From positions 164,178,001 through 164,242,000 of the forward strand of contig NC_086097.1 of the NCBI RefSeq assembly GCF_963921235.1: a stretch of 64,000 bases of DNA, read 5' to 3'. Under the pieces are notes generated by a model. The model saw only the letters and a list, made by a program, of their open reading frames with translations. It was not told where the DNA came from and ran no database searches. The translations under genes and the position numbers were made by a program. This stretch comes from Mobula hypostoma. Taxonomy: Eukaryota. Shown one piece after another: positions 63,111 through 64,000 of this stretch (position 1 is the stretch's first letter; every line of letters begins with the position of its first letter).

Positions 63111-63762
63111 CAGACATCCCACCTCTCCTGGAAGTTCCAGGAGTCTCCCGCATATTAATAGTGACTCCCTGATGCCCGCAAATTATATACAATGTCCCGG
63201 AAATAGATTTTTTTGAGAGCGAGTGTGAGAGAACGTGCAGGAAAGAGCGAGAGAGCAAGTGCAAGAGCAAGAAAGCAAGCGCGAGACAGTGAGCGCGAGT
63301 GAGAGAACGTGAGGGTGAGAGAGAGAGAGCGAGAGCAAGAAAGCAAGCGCAAGTGAAAGTGACCACGAGAGAGAGCGCACGTGCACGAGAAACCAAGTGC
63401 GAGAGAGAACAACCATGAGCGAAAGTGTTCCAAAAAAAAGAAAATATGAAATGTACGTCACCCCAGACTACACTAAAGTGTACCCCTGCCTAATAGGAGT
63501 CAAAAGTAATGACAGTGTTGCTCGCTGCACTGTTTGCAACAGTGACTTTTCTATTGCCCATGGTGGGTTAAGACTGTAAAAGATATGTTGAGGTGAGTTT
63601 AATAGGTGTCATTCATTCATTAGCATAGCTGATGTTATTTAAACTAGCTGGCTAGCTGCTAAGGAGCTACTCTATTGCAGACATCCCACCTCTCCTGGAA
63701 GTTCCGAGAGTCTCCTGCAAATTGATGGTGCTACCTCCCTGCTTTGCAGGGTGGGAAGTCTG
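63111..63762 (+). mobile_element. Non-autonomous hAT-like DNA transposon with 6-bp TSD
   Basis: TIRs cagacatcccacc and ggtgggaagtctg, TSD ctgttc (63105-63110 and 63763-63768), transposase N-terminal remnant PKKRK...ARCTVCNSDFSIAHGG (zinc-finger-like). Confidence 0.8.
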
Positions 63763-64000
63763 CTGTTCTGTCTTCTATATTCTTATACAAGAGGGGGAAA
63801 TATGTCACTATAGTCTATTTATCTGCTGAGTGACAATAATAACCAACGTACCAATTTACATTCAAGCTGGATGTCGACCAGTTCTTAGATGGGGAATCAA
63901 GGAATGCTGGTCAAGTCCAGAATGATAGCACTCAAGTTAAAGATCAGTCATGATTGTATTCAAGGTGAATTTATTATCAAAATATATATATATGTCACCA

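Noticed and set aside
63040..63461. Hydrophobic minus-strand ORFs as membrane proteins
   Set aside because: Artefacts of the (GA)/(GC)-rich low-complexity tract inside the hAT element.
28308..64000. Next PTPRM exon (SFFEGQSAPWDSAKK...) and phosphatase-domain exons
   Set aside because: Not found by eye, so the intron probably extends past the window. A tblastn would be decisive.

Overview
Eukaryotic (vertebrate) intronic DNA, most likely from a cartilaginous fish such as a ray or skate. This is inferred from the repeat content (dense CR1 LINEs, V-SINE/HE1-like SINEs, Penelope-like elements) and is not proven. The window holds five + strand coding exons of the cytoplasmic juxtamembrane region of receptor tyrosine phosphatase mu (PTPRM): 7912-8063, 8502-8579, a 27-nt microexon 23895-23921, a 12-nt microexon 25393-25404 and 28120-28307. 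They splice into one open frame (KLAKKRKD...NGR-AVSSP...SYYP-DPFVPTAIL-VPIN-DENQT...GFKEEYE). The rest is intron filled with CR1, L1/Tx1-like and Rex/Babar-like LINEs, SINEs, DNA transposons and minisatellites. The most notable system is a family of Neptune-like Penelope retroelements (GIY-YIG endonuclease) carrying a minimal type I hammerhead ribozyme near the 3' end. It occurs as a young tandem insertion with an internal RT deletion and as several fold-back insertions with 13-14 bp target-site duplications. All three perfect ribozyme cores are antisense to PTPRM, and each of the three recognisable sense copies has a core lesion. TE boundaries without TSDs are approximate, and family assignments come from motif recognition, not database searches.
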